Part shown: one piece after another, positions 36,001 to 49,806 of the stretch | Position numbering within the stretch: the stretch's first letter is position 1 | How the letters are laid out: each line of letters starts with the position of its first letter | DNA from: Anthoceros angustus | Lineage: Eukaryota; Plantae; Anthocerotophyta | DNA length: 64,000 nt | Direction: 5' to 3' | Assembly (NCBI GenBank): GCA_010909165.1 | Contig: MU008210.1 | Span: 1 to 64,000 of the forward strand | Made by a program: the position numbers and the translations under genes | The notes under the pieces: generated by a model | What the model saw: only the letters and a program-made list of their open reading frames with translations | What the model was told of the DNA's origin: nothing | The model's database searches: none

Positions 36001-39000
36001 CCTCGACTTCTCCTCTTCCTCTCACTTGTGGAGCAAGTGAGCTCCTCTGCACCCATGTTGGGAGGTTGGTCTTCTCCTTGTGATTCTTGCTCCATTCTGC
36101 AAGATCAACCCCTCTTCCTTCTTTCACCCAAGGGCCAAGGTACTCGCCTCCCTTGCCGTCAAATCCATGCTAGCGACCTTTGAATCCTGCTTCTTCCTCC
36201 TACCATGGTAGGACCTTCTCCTACCACGGTAGGAGTCCCTCCTACCAGTAGGAACTCCTACCAGTAGGAGTTCCTACGGTCGTTTCTTCTTCCTTACCCC
36301 TTCACAGGGTGATTCTCTCCACACAGCTTCCCCGCTTTCGCTTCTCCACAGTGCGAAGTTTCTCCACCCTGTTGCTTGGGACACTCTCCAAGTCTAAGGC
36401 TTCCGGTTGGACTTGCATGAGGGCCTCCCTATCATCGTCATGAGGTCCCAACATCCTCCTCTCGCAAGTCGCAACTCGTTAGTGGCCTTGAGTACCTTGT
36501 TGTGAAGATGGGCTGCAAATCGTTGTTGTGCCATCTCCAATTCTTCGTAATCCTCAAGCCATACTCCATGCTCACACTTGCTTTTGTAAGCATCTCGCTC
36601 CAAGGCCAGCTCACGGTCTTGACATGGAGAGCCACATTCTCTCCTCTCATTACTGCGGTTGGCGGATCAATCTCTCTTGTAGGGCATAATCAGCCCGAAA
36701 TCTACGCTCCCTCACGCCAACATATCTTTGCACCGCCTCATGACGGCCTTTCTCCTTTGCCATTTCTTCCTCCAACTCCCCTATCCTCCTAGGAGTTGTG
36801 CACTCTCCGTTCTTTGGACTTCTCGTTCCATTTCCAATCTTTGGACAAAATGTGTCCGTTCTTCCAGCTCTTCTTCCTTCAATTCCAGCCTCCGGATTTC
36901 TCCCAGCTCCTTTTCCATGTCACTAATCTTCACTGTGTGGCTATGACCGCTCATGTCGCCTACTTGCCTTTGTCTTTGTCCTCATTTCTTTAGATTGCTC
37001 TCGTCTTGACCTTTCCTCCATTAGCACTTGCTTGTCTTGCCTTCTTTTCCATGTCGCACCATGTGAGCAAGTTGCTCCACCTTCTCCTCTCGAGCTGCCA
37101 ATTGCTTGGTAAGAGCCTTGTTCTCCGAATATGAGTTGTTTGCCTCCTGTGGCCTTGTTTCAAGACTCTTTTCCAAGTGCTCCACTTGAGCTTCCATCCT
37201 CATAACATCCTCCACCTGGGTTTCCTCGCCTACGCAATTTCCCTTGCTTGGTAGGTCCTTGTCTTCTCCGCTCCGTCTTCAAGAATTCAACTCTCCTCTT
37301 GGCGGCTCCTACATCTACCTTCTTGAACATCTCCCCTATGCGCATCTCCTCCAACATGTCTAAGTCTCCTTTCTTACCTCCGGAGACTCAAGGCCTTTGC
37401 CTTGCTCATGGGATCTTACATCCCTTGCTTCCCTATGATGAGCTCCCGCTCATCACTTGGTGAGCAACTCCTCCCACCGTGACTCCATCCGCTCGCCCAC
37501 CTAGCAGGGCCGGTTGCCTTCTTATCTCCTCTTGGGAGCTTCCAAACCGTGACTTCCTTTTCCCTCCTACCGTGGTAGGAGGTGCTCACCGTAGGACTAC
37601 TTCCCTACCGTGGTAGGACTAATTCTGCCGTGGGCCTTGTCATGAGGAGGGCGAAGGGGTCCCAAACCCTGTGGGAACACCTCCCACCCTCGCGGGATTC
37701 CACCCATGGTAGGATCTATCCTACCTTCCATCTCCGCATCTTCCGCGGTCCAAACTTCAAATCCCCTACAACTTCTCCTTGCAAGTCCTCCTGCACATCC
37801 TCGGCCTATCTTTGGAGGATTCCTTCCGCAATAATGTCCGGTGGTGGCACCTCCTTTAGGCAAAGCACCAAGCACTCCTGTCCCTCTCACAGTAAGTACA
37901 CAATGTTAAAGGGATGCTTGGAATCATCCAACTCCTTACTTGTGAGTAGCCCCTCTACTTCCCACAAATGCACTAGATAAGTGCTAAGATAGCACGGCCG
38001 TGGACTGTCTTCATCCGACGCGTTGGGTTTCAGCAACTTTTCCCGGTGGTAGATGTATGCTTCATACATGATGAGCCCCCAATCCGGCTTCGCTCCTTGA
38101 GTGATCTTCCACAGAAAATGGAGGAAGGTAGTGCTGAAATATGACACCCTTGGATTGCTCACCAGGCCCAAAACAATTCTTGTGAACAATCTCCACTTGG
38201 GCTCCAAGATTTGGTCCGTCCAACCATTCTTAGACTTAGCCTTCATGCCCCTTGCATAAGTGTAAGGGCTCCCTTGGGAAGATCCGCCGTTGATGCACGC
38301 TTGCCTCCGCTCGTTCCTTCCATCAAGCGTGATTCCGCTATCCTCGCTATCCGCTGCCATATACAGCGTATGCTCCTTATCCAACACCGTGGATCCGTCC
38401 GTCGTTTCTGTCCGGTAAGGCGGCCAATTCCTCTTCCGTCTGCTGCAAATTAGCAAAACACTCTTCTATCAATTCAAGGTTGGTGTAGGACCAATGCCCA
38501 TACACCCACTCTATATATTCTCCTCTGCTGCCCAAGGTCGAAAGTCGAAAGGTCTCTAGAGGATAGCTGGCCTGCATAGCACGTAAACAAGGGCATGTCA
38601 AATTTCCACCCTCAGTCGATCCTCCCGCCTTAGACCTCTTGCAGCTCCTGCGCCACCTCCTTGGTGGACGCTCCTTCCTTAGCTACTACCTCCTTGCCCT
38701 TGGTCATGGTGGGCTTGGTCATGGCCTCCTTGGTTAGTACTTGCAGAAATTGAAGAAAAGTGATGCCTCTCCTGCAATTCCTGCTCACCGACTTCTTATC
38801 CTTGCAAACGTTTCTCCTCCTCCTCGATTTGCTCTTGCTCACAGCTCAAAGGTCCTTGCCCTTGCTCTCCTTCCTCAGCCCTTACACCTTGGCGTCTCAA
38901 AACCCGATTTTTCACTGCAAAAATTCCCCACGGACTCTTACACCCCACATCAATTTAGGAGCCCTTCCTGCACGGTTTCCTAGCAATCTTGCCACGCTCC

Positions 39001-39979
39001 ACCCTCCTAGGCACCCTCACGAGCTTGGCAAGTGTTGGGTTGCCCCAACCTTCTTCTCCCTTCTCTTCTTCTCTTTTCCTCCTTCTTCCTCTCTTGGGCG
39101 CTGGTGGTTGCCTCCTTGCTGAGCTTGCGCCCCTTCTTCTCCTCCTCAACACAGGCGCGTGTCAGTGGCGGTGCTGTATGGGGGCCTTGGGCAGCTTGAG
39201 GTGTGGCGCCTTCTGCTGTGAGGCCGTCTCTTCAAGTTTCGAGTTGTGGCCTCCTGCGGGCACTGCGACCACTTTTATAAGTCACCCAAGGGTTAGAAAA
39301 GTAACTACCATTCTATCCTGCCCTTGGATGTGTGCCACGTGGCCCTCCCACCATTGATGTTAGTTTCCTAATTTACTTATACTAAAATACCAATTTCCCT
39401 ATTTTCTAATTTCTAAGAAAATTAGCCTCTAATTTCTTAATTACCTATTTTGGCCTATTTATCTAGTCCACTAAAAGACTCTATATATAGCAAGCCTATC
39501 CTGCCTAAAACATAATCTACTTTCCTTAGAAACCTATCTCCTACCGTGGTAGGACATCCTCCTACCATGGTAGGCGTTCTCCCCCTTCTCCTACCACGGT
39601 AGGAGTTTCTCCTACGGCGGTAGGATACCTTCCTACCCTCTCCTACCATGGTAGGAGCTATTCCTAGGTAGGTGATCAAAACACTAGCGGGGTCCTCCTA
39701 CGGTGGTAGGATCTCTCCTACCCTCGTCTACCATGGTAGGAGTTTCTCCTGTGGTAGGACACCTCCTACCACTCATGTAGGTTACCTTTTCTCCTCACCA
39801 GGTCGTTTTGACCCGTTTCTTTTCCTGCATATCCTCTGCCTTCCCATGGTCCTACAACTCCCGCTCAAAAGGAGCAAAAATTTCCTTGCATGTCTTCACC
39901 AAACCATTTCTAGCAAAGAGTGTGGGCTGTTTCAAAGCGAACTCATTTAAGCTAGTTGCCCAAACTTTTGCGTTCCACA
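33067..39979 (-). repeat. B1 5' LTR (L2), includes a ~1.75 kb duplication
   Basis: Direct repeat of L1. Shares the L1-type U5 end GGAGGCAGATCCGGGG (+). Confidence 0.85.
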
Positions 39980-42614
39980 TACTCCTCTTCCTCCTCCTCC
40001 TCCTTCCTCCTCCTTCCCCATTCACTCTAGTTGGCGGCATCCACCTCATTGCGGTCCCATCTCTTCCCATCTAATCCCATCACCAAACCACCTCCTCCTC
40101 CTTGGTCATCCATACCTCAAGTCCAAAATTGTCTTTCTCGGATCGGCGCCTCCTCTTCCACCTCCTCCTTCCTCCTCCTTTCTCCTACCCTCTCCTACCA
40201 TGGTAGGAGTTTCTCCTCACCTTTTTGTTCCTACCTTTTGGTCTTCCCTCTTTTTCTTTGGTAGAAATTTCTTCTCTTCCACGCATCACGGACTCATCTA
40301 AATTTCTCCTCGATTTCCTCCTTGGGCTCCTCCTTCCATCACCTCTAGCGGCTTCCTTGAAAGGCCACTTCTACCTCTGGCACTTGCATGCATAGATGGA
40401 CATGGTGATAAATCTAGGAGAAAAGCTTCAACCTCTCTTCACACAACTTGTCGAAATTGGGCTCGATTTTCCTTGACAACCATGAACATGGTGACAAATA
40501 ATCTTGCTAACCTCTTGCGAGAAAACATAGGAGCATCTCCATCAGCTGTCTTTGTTGCCAAATCTCACATTGATAGTTGGGTTCCAATTCCCCGCCTTAA
40601 CCGGTGTCGCTCTCCTGCTTTACCCAGGCAGTTCCATCACCAAACCACCTCCTCCTCCTTTCTCCTACCCTCTCCTACCAATTCCTCCCAATCCCTCCTC
40701 CTTTCTCCTACCATGGTAGGAGTTTCTCCTACGGTGGTAGGACACCTCCTACCACGGTAGGAGTTTCTCCTACCCTCGTCTACCATGGTAGGACATCCTC
40801 CTACCATGGTAGGCGTTTTCCCTTTCTCCTACCATGGTAGGACATCCTCCTCCTCCTCCTCCTTTCCCCGGGCCTCGCGCCTCCTCCTCCTCCTTCCTCC
40901 TCCTCCTTCCTCCTCCTCGGCCACGCCCCCCTCGCCTTCCTCCTCCTCCTCCTTCCTCCTCCTTCCTCCTCCTTCCTCCTCCTTCCTCCTCTGCGTCGCG
41001 ACTCGCGATGTCGGATGATTGAGCTCCCTCGCCTTCCTCCTCCTCCTGCGGATCGATGTCCTCGCCGGCTTCCCGGCGCTCCGACCATCGTTGTGCTCAG
41101 CGCTCCTTGTGGCCGTTGCTCCTTGTTTGAGCGGACTTGGTTACTTCCTAGTTAAGTTCCCCGGTTCCATCACCTCTCACGTTGCTCCACACCCCAATCC
41201 AACCCCTCGTTCTCAGTGTTGACTCAAGCCTATAATTTTGTCATTCCTAATTATACCAACCCCCTACCTCACATATATAGACTTTTAGTGGACATCCCAA
41301 GTCCATGGGCCAAGGAACATCGAGTTCCCCCTTTATTATCTAACCTAAATAAATGCCATAGGCCAGGGCGTTTCTTCTTGATACCTCCCCTTCAGCGACT
41401 TTTCCCACACTTGACCAAAAACCACTTCCACATCCCATTTCGCGATCGTTCCATAGGGGAAAAAGCTCCCTTTCCCAGACACCTCTCCCCATATTTGGTA
41501 CATCTGAGACCACCCCACCCCACCATGGTTGACTTTTCAAGCCCAGATCCCCCTTGAGCTTGTGAGCACTCACATGTTAAGGGGCTAGCCTCTGGGCTCA
41601 ATCCCAATCCCAAGAGATGGCAAAAATGGGCAAAATGGCAATTCCATTCACAGCAGCAAGCTGAGGCACAAAAGCTCAAGTGACCTTGGATCTCCTTAGA
41701 TCTTAAGGAAGGTTGACTCAAACCCAAAAAACTTCCTCGCAACCACCAGACTCTGGACAAAAGCAAAAATTTTGCCTCTTGCAAGAGCGGAAGCCTACCT
41801 TGGAAAATCTCCCCGTGACCAACTGATGGCTACTCAAGCCTCTCCCTAAGATCAACCCTCTTTAAAACCTCCTCCTTCCTCCTCCTTCCTCCAGCAAAAA
41901 AGCCTTAAGACTTGTCACAATTCCTCACTCCCAATCCACTTCCCATCTTGGTGGTAGACAATTTTCTCTCCTCCTTCCAACCACAACAAAGGAGAATGTC
42001 CCTCCTACACTTCCACCTCAACCCCTTATGTGAATGGAGAATCCCATGACCTCCAAACTATCATAGCTTCCTCTCCTCTCTTGAACCAATAATGTTCTCC
42101 AGAAGGACTTCCTCATGATGATGGCTCCCTGCTACCCTTTTTCCCTTGACCACTCAGTAGATCAAGGCGGAAGAGACACACCCCAAAAGATCCACAGGAT
42201 CCCCACGCCCTCATGATCACCCTCCACTCCACCCTGCAGAGTGACCGCCCTCCCACAGGTGGTGAGCTCCACTGGTGAGCTTCACCAGTGACCACCTCCT
42301 CCTTCCTCCTCCTCCTTCCTCCTCTTCCTCCTCTTCCTCCTCTTCCTCCTCCTTCCTCCTCCCCCCACTAGCTTGCTAAGCAACCTCCTCCAAGGGTGAA
42401 GTTCTCCTCCCCCCACTGAGGAACCCCAAGACCCACCGGTTGACTCCCTAAATATGAAGACTCAAGATCCTTAGGTATACAAACCACGGGAGGAAAGAAA
42501 AATCCAACTCTCATCGCCTGGGAAGGAACAACTCAGCTTCCTCCTCACAACACTCTCTTAAGGCTTTGAACCACCTCTTACAAGATCCTATCCTAGCATT
42601 CAAAGTCCCAAGCG
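39980..42614. repeat. Low-complexity CT-rich spacer with (CCT)n runs and CCTACCATGGTAGG units
   Basis: Long CCT/CCTT tracts at ~39985-40020, 40840-41050 and 42290-42370. No coherent ORF. Confidence 0.7.
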
Positions 42615-45600
42615 TGAAGGAAAACCCGGGGCACTCGAGATTCCCCCTAGCGGCCACACTTATCCCTTTGTCGTTTAAATGCGTTGGGTTTCGTCCCATG
42701 AGACTTGTGGAGCAGTCGAATCTTGAGAAATCGTCACTACTGCAGCTACACACTACCTCAGCCTTCTAAACAAGCAAGGCGCCCTCTCACGCTCCCTCTC
42801 ACAGCTCGCCGTCTTTGCGTAAACTCCTCAACCTACAGCGACACCACACAATTGCGGGTTCGTCTTAACAAGGTGTCTATCACGGGCGCCAGGGACCCAC
42901 ACCACACATAACCGTCCCTACTCCTAAGACACTCTTCTCCACACAGGGGCGCCCTCTTACTTGCAGTTGGGATTCGTCCCTTAGGCTGCACTGTGGCCTT
43001 AGTTTTCCTACACTCTAATCCTCCTCACAACTCTCTCAATCAACAACGCCCTCTTCTTCTCTACTCATCTACCCTTCCTTCCTCCACAATCTCCTACTCT
43101 AACACCAATTCTGGCTCATTAATTCCAACTCGCCCTTACGGCTGGCGCACAGGGTCCGTCAGGAATTGAGTTCTTCCTTGGGCGGTTGCTATGTGGTTTT
43201 GCACGACGAGAACCTCCGAGTCTTTCCACCAGTCTACCCTCAAGCCGAGAGTTCCTTGAGCATCGCCACACACTCAAAGCAAAACAATTCACACAGCAAC
43301 CATTCACAAGGGGAGCAGCTAGCAGGGGCGCTGCAAAGAGCAAGCCCTCCGCCCAGCACTCCGACCGCGTTCTCCTCTCTACGGACCTGCGTTGGCTTGC
43401 GGCCGCATTCTGCACACAAAGTGAAGGACTCGGGAGGATGGGGCGCAAGACACGATAATTTTACTTCACAAGCTCCCTCCTTTTATAGGAGGTCCTCACA
43501 GCCTCCCTGGCGCGCCCTCCAGCCTTGCCTTACTCCTTATTTTAGTGTATCCCTGTCGACTTTAAGTTCGACATCCAAGCATCTTGGGTAAAATTCTATT
43601 CTAGCAAATTCACCTATGTGAGCCTTAATGGCTCTGTCAACATTCCTATCTAGCTAGTCAACACACTCTCTTGGGTGACAAGCATTAATGCTCCTCCTCT
43701 AAAGAAAAGTCTTCCCAAGTGGCATCTTGCCCCATGTCTTCAAGCTAATTTAAGGACTTCTTATGAATCCCTTCCTTATCTTGATGCCTATCTTGAGTTC
43801 CTTCCTCCAATAAAATAGCCGGGCTCTCTTAGCCTGGCTCATCCTCGACTTCTCCTCTTCCTCTCACTTGTGGAGCAAGTGAGCTCCTTCTCTGCACCCA
43901 TGTTAGGAGGTTGGTCTTCTCCTTGTGATTCTTGCTCCATTCCTGCAAGATCAACCCCTCTTCCTTCTTTCCTGCAAGGGCCAAGGTACTCGCCTCCCTT
44001 GCCGTCAAATCCATGCTAGCAGCCTTCGAATCCGCTTCTTCCACCCTCCTACCATGGTAGGACCTTCTCCTACCACGGTGAGTCCCTCCTACCAGTAGGA
44101 ACTCCTCCTACCAGTAGGAGTTCCTCGTCGTTTCTTCTTCCTTACCCCTTCACAGGGGTGATTCTCTCCACTGTGCAGCTTCTCCCTTCACTCGCTTCTC
44201 CACAGTGCAGTTTCTCCACCCTGCTTGGGACACTCTCCAAGTCTAAGGCTTCGGTTGGACTTGCATGAGGGCCTCCCTATCATCGTCATGAGGTCCCAAC
44301 ATCCTCCTCTTAAGTCGCAACAACTCGTTAGTGGCCTTGAGCACCTTGTTGTGAAGATGGGCTGCAAATCGTTGTTGTGCCATCTCCAATTCTTGTAATC
44401 CTCAAGCCATACTCCATGCTCACACTTGCTTTTGTAAGCATCTCGCTCAAAAGCTCACGGTCTTGACATGGAGAGCCACATTCTCCGTCCTCTCATTTTG
44501 CGGTTGGCGGATCAATCTCTCTTGTAGGCATAATCAGCGAAATCTGCTCCCTCACGCCAACATATGCTTGCCTCATGGCGGCCTTTCTCCTTTGCCATTT
44601 CTTCCTCCAACTCCCCTATCCTCCTAGGGAGTTGTGCATTCTCCGTTCTGGACTTCTCGTTCCATTTCCAATCTTTGGACAAAATGTGTCCGTTCTTCCA
44701 GCTCTTCTTCCTTCAATTCCAGCCTCCGTGGTTTCTCCCGCTCCTTTTCCATGTCACTAATCTTCACTGTGTGGCTATGACCCGCTCATGTGCGCCTACT
44801 TGCCTTTGTCTGTCCTCATTTCTCGAGATTGCTCTCGTCTTGACCTTTCCTCCATTAGCAGCACTTGCTTGTCTTGCCTTCTTTTCCCATATGCACCATG
44901 TGAGCAAGTTGCTCCACCTTCTCCTCTCGAGCTGCCAATTGCTTGGTAAGAGCCTTGTTCTCCGAATATGATGGTTTGTTTCTGTTGCCTCGTCTCAAGA
45001 CTCTTCTCCAAGTGCTCCACTTGAGCTTCCATCCTCATAACATCCTCCCGGGTTTCCTCGCCTACACCGCAATTTCCCTTGCTTGGTAGGTCCTTGTCTT
45101 CTCCTCCGTCTTCAAGAATTCAACTCTCCTCTTGGCGGCTCCTATGTCTACCTTCTGAACATCTCCCCTATCGCGCATCTCCTCCAACATGTCCAAGTCT
45201 CCTTTCTTACCTCCGGAGACTCAAGGCCTTTGCCTTGCTCATGGGATCTTACATCCCTTGCTTCCCTATGATGAGCTCCCGCTCATCACTTGGTGGGCAA
45301 CTCCTCCCACCGTGACTCCATCCGCTCGCCCACCTAGCAGGCCGGTTGCCTTCTTATCTCCCCCTTGGGAGCTTCCAAACCGTGACTTCCTTTCCCTCCT
45401 ACCGTGGTAGGAGGTGCTCCAGTGGGACTACTTCCCTACCGTGGTAGGACTAATTCCACCCGTAGGCCTTGTCATGAGAGGGCGAAGGGGTCCCAAACCC
45501 TGTGGAACACCTCCCACCCTCGCAGAGATTCACCGCCATGGTAGGATCTATCCTACCTTCCATCTCCGCATCCCATGTCCAAACTTCAAATCCCCTACAA

Positions 45601-48600
45601 CTTCTCCTTGCAAGTCCTCCTGCATCCTCCGGCCTATCTTTCGGAGGATTCCTTCCGGCAATAATGTCGGTGGTGCTGCGGCACCTCCTTTAGCGCAAAG
45701 CACCAAGCACTCCTGTCCCTCTCACAGTAAGTACACAATGTTAAAGGGATGCTTGGAATCATCCAACTCCTTACTTGTGAGTAGCCCTCTACTTCCCACA
45801 AATGCACTAGATAAGTGCTAAGATAGCATGACCTTGGGCATCTTCATCCAAGCGTTGGGTTTGACAACTTCTCCTGGTAGGTGTATGCTTCATACATGAT
45901 GAGCCCCAATCCGGCTTCGCTCCTTGAGTGATCTTCCATAGAAAATGGAGGAAGGTAGTGCTGAAATATGACACCCTTGGATTGCTCACCAAGCCCAAAA
46001 CAATTCTTGTGAACAATCTCCACTTGGGCTCCAAGATTTGGTCCGCCAACCGTTCTTGGACTTAGCCTTCATGCCCCTTGCATAAGTGTAAGGGCTCCCT
46101 TGGGAAGATCCGCCGTTGATGCACGCTTGCCTCCACTCGTTCCTTCCATCAACGTGATTCCGCTATCCTCTTCTCCGGCTGCCATATACAGCGTATGCTC
46201 CTTACAATCCAACACCGTGGATCCGTCCGTGCGTTCCTATCCGGTAAGGCGGCCAATTCCTCTTCAATGCTGCTTTAGCAAAACACTCCTCTATCAATTC
46301 AAGGTTGGTGTAAGACCAATAGCCCATACACCCACTCTAGCTGAATATTCTCCTCTGCTGCCCAAGGTCGAAAGTCGAAAGGTCTCTAGAGGATAGCTGG
46401 CCTGCATAGCGTAAATAAGGGCATGTCAAATTTCCACCCTCGGTGATCCTCACCTTAGACCTCTTGCTCTGCGCCACCTCCTTGGTGGACGCTCCTTCCT
46501 TAGCTACTACCTCCTTGCCCTTGGTCATGGTAGGCTTGGTCATGGCCTCCTTGGTTAGTACTTGCGAAATTGAAGAAAAGTGATGCCTCTCCTGCAATTC
46601 CTGCGGCACACCGACTTCTTATCCTTGCAAGCGTTTCTCCTCCTCGTGATTTGCTCTTGCTCACAGCTCAAAGGTCCTTGCCCTTGCTCTCCTCCCACCG
46701 TGACTCCATCCGCTCGCCCACCTAGCAGGCCGGTTGCCTTCTTATCTCCCTTGGGAGCTTCCAAACCGTGACTTCCTTTCCCTCCTACCGTGGTAGGAGG
46801 TGCTCCAGTGGGACTACTTCGACTAATTCCTGCCTTGTCATGAGAGGGCGAAGGGGTCCCAAACCCAGGAACACCTCCCACCCTCGCAGATTCACCATGG
46901 TAGGATCTATCCTACCTTCCATCTCCGCATCCTTGCGGTCCAAACTTCAAATCCCCTACAACTTCTCCTTGCAAGTCCTCCACACGCATCCTCGGCCTAT
47001 CTTTCGGAGGATTCCTTCCAATAATGTCGGTGGTGCTGCGGCACCTCCTTTAGCGCAAAGCACCAAGCACTCCTGTCCCTCTCCTGGTACACAATGTTAA
47101 AGGGATGCTTGGAATCATCCAACTCCTTACTTGTGAGTAGCCCTCTACTTCCCACAAATGCACTAGATAAGTGCTAAGATAGCATATGGTGTCTTCATCC
47201 AAGCGTTGGGTTTGACAACTTCTCCGGTGGTAGGTGTATGCTTCATACATGATGAGCCCCAATCCGGCTTCGCTCCTTGAGTGATCTTCCATAGAAAATG
47301 GAGGAAGGTAGTGCTGAAATATGACACCCTTGGATTGCTCACCAAGCCCAAAACAATTCTTGTGAACAATCTCCACTTGGGCTCCAAGATTTGGTCCGCC
47401 AACCGTTCTTGGACTTAGCCTTCATGCCCCTTGCATAAGTGTAAGGGCTCCCTTGGGAAGATCCGCCGTTGATGCACGCTTGCCTCCACTCGTTCCTTCC
47501 ATCAACGTGATTCCGCTATCCTCTTCTCCGGCTGCCATATACAGCGTATGCTCCTTACAATCCAACACCGTGGATCCGTCCGTGCGTTCCTATCCGGTAA
47601 GGCGGCCAATTCCTCTTCAATGCTGCTTTAGCAAAACACTCCTCTATCAATTCAAGGTTGGTGTAAGACCAATAGCCCATACACCCACTCTAGCTGAATA
47701 TTCTCCTCTGCTGCCCAAGGTCGAAAGTCGAAAGGTCTCTAGAGGATAGCTGGCCTGCATAGCGTAAATAAGGGCATGTCAAATTTCCACCCTCGGTGAT
47801 CCTCACCTTAGACCTCTTGCTCTGCGCCACCTCCTTGGTGGACGCTCCTTCCTTAGCTACTACCTCCTTGCCCTTGGTCATGGTAGGCTTGGTCATGGCC
47901 TCCTTGGTTAGTACTTGCACGAAATTGAAGAAAAGTGATGCCTCTCCTGCAATTCCTGCAGCACCTGCCAGCTTCCTATCCTTGCAAACGTTTCTCCTCC
48001 TCAGTGATTTGCTCTTGCTCACAGCTCAAAGGTCCTTGCCCTTGCTCTCCTCCTGCAGTCCTTACACCTTGGCGTCCCCAAAACCCCGATTTCTCCTGCA
48101 AGAGAAAGCTCACCAAAATTCCTCCACGGACTCTTACACCTGCCACAGCAATTTAGGAGCCCTTCCTTCACGGTTTCCTAGCAATCTTGCCACGCTCCAC
48201 CCTCCTAGGCACCCTCACGAGCTTGGCAAGTGTTGGGTTGCGCCCCAACCTTCTTCTCCCTTCTCTTCTTCCTCAATTTCCTCCTGCTCCTTCTCTTGGG
48301 CGCTGGCTTCCACCTCCTCCTTGAGCTCACCTTCTTCTTCACCTTGCCACAAGCCACCTGGCCTTGCACCTAGCCTTCCCAAGCACCAACTCTGCTGTAT
48401 GATTTGGCGCTCCTCCGTTCCTCACAGTCCTTACACCTTGGCGTCCCAGATTTCTCCTGCAAGCTCACCAAAATTCTCCCGGACTCTTACACAGCAATTT
48501 AGGAGCCCTTCCTGCACGGTTTCCTAGCAATCTTGCCACGCTCCACCCTCCTAGGCACCCTCACGAGCTTGGCAAGTGTTGGGTTCGCCCCAACCTTCTT

Positions 48601-49806
48601 CTCCCTTCTCTTCTTCCTCAATTTCCTCCTTCTTTCTCTTGGGCGCGGACTTCCACCTCCTCCTTGAGCTCACGCCCTTCTTCTTCACCTTGCCACAAGC
48701 CACCTGGCCTTGCACCTAGCCTTCCCAAGCACCAACTCTGCTGTTATGATTTGAAGCGAATTCTCCTCCAAAGTTCCTCACGAGTCCTTACACTTGTGTC
48801 TCGATTTGGGAGCTTTTCCTTCACAATTTCTCGTCCTGCCACGCCCCACCCTTCCTATCGCTCCTGCAAAGTTAGGGAGGTGTGGTTTGCCTGCACCTCG
48901 TTTCCTTCCTCTTTCTCTTTCTTCTGCACCTCCTCTTGGCGTCATTTTCTCCTCCGTTGCCCAACTTGCGCCTTCCTCTTCAGCTTAGCATGGGCGTGTG
49001 TCAGCGTTGCTGTATGGGGGCCAGCTTGATGTGGCGCCTTCTGTGTTAGTCTCCTCAAGTTTAGTTGTGGCCTCTTGTGCAACCACTTTTATAAGTCACC
49101 CAAGGGTTAGAAAAGTAACTACCATTCTATCCTGCCCTTGGATGTGTGCCACGTGGCCCTTTCTCACCGTTGATGTTAGTTTCCTAATTTCCTTATACTA
49201 AAATACCATTCTATTTTTCTAATTCTAAAATTAGCCTCTAATTTCTTAATTACCTATTTTGGCCTATTTATCTAGTCCACTAAAAGACCCTATATATAGC
49301 AAGCCTATCCTGCCTAAAACATAAGCTACTTTCCTTAGCAACCTACCTCCTACGTGGTAGGACATCCTCCTACCATGGTAGGCGTTTTCCCTTTTCTCCT
49401 ACCACGGTAGGAGTTACTCTCTGGTGGGATACCTTCCTACCCTCTCCTACCATGGTAGGAGCTATTCCTACAGTAGGTGATCAAAACACTAGCGGTCATT
49501 CTCCTCGGTGGTAGGATCTCTCCTACCCTCGTCTACCATGGTAGGAGTTTCTCCTACGGTGGTAGGACACCTCCACCACTCATGTAGGTTACCTTTTCTC
49601 CTCACCGGGTCGTTTTGACCCGTTTCTTTTCCTGCATATCCTCTTTGCCTTCCAGGCATGGTCCTACAACTCCCGCTCAAAAGGAGCAAAAATTTCCTTG
49701 CATGTCTTCACCAAACCATTTCTAGCAAAGAGTGTGGGCTGTTTCAAAGCGAACTCATTTAAGCTTGTTGCCCAAACTTTTGCGTTCCACATACTCCCCT
49801 CCTCAC

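Larger units (their letters stand above)
20954..39979 (-). mobile_element. Element B1: full-architecture Athila-like Ty3/Gypsy retrotransposon, frameshifted throughout
   Basis: LTR-PBS-gag-PR-RT-RH-IN-PPT-LTR in Gypsy domain order. No chromodomain after IN. Confidence 0.9.

Noticed and set aside
47796-48527. Long plus-strand ORFs (243, 267, 277, 208, 200 aa) as real genes
   Set aside because: They are Leu/Ser/Pro-rich shadows of the pyrimidine-rich strand, which is poor in stop codons. Frames differ between copies and no motifs are present.
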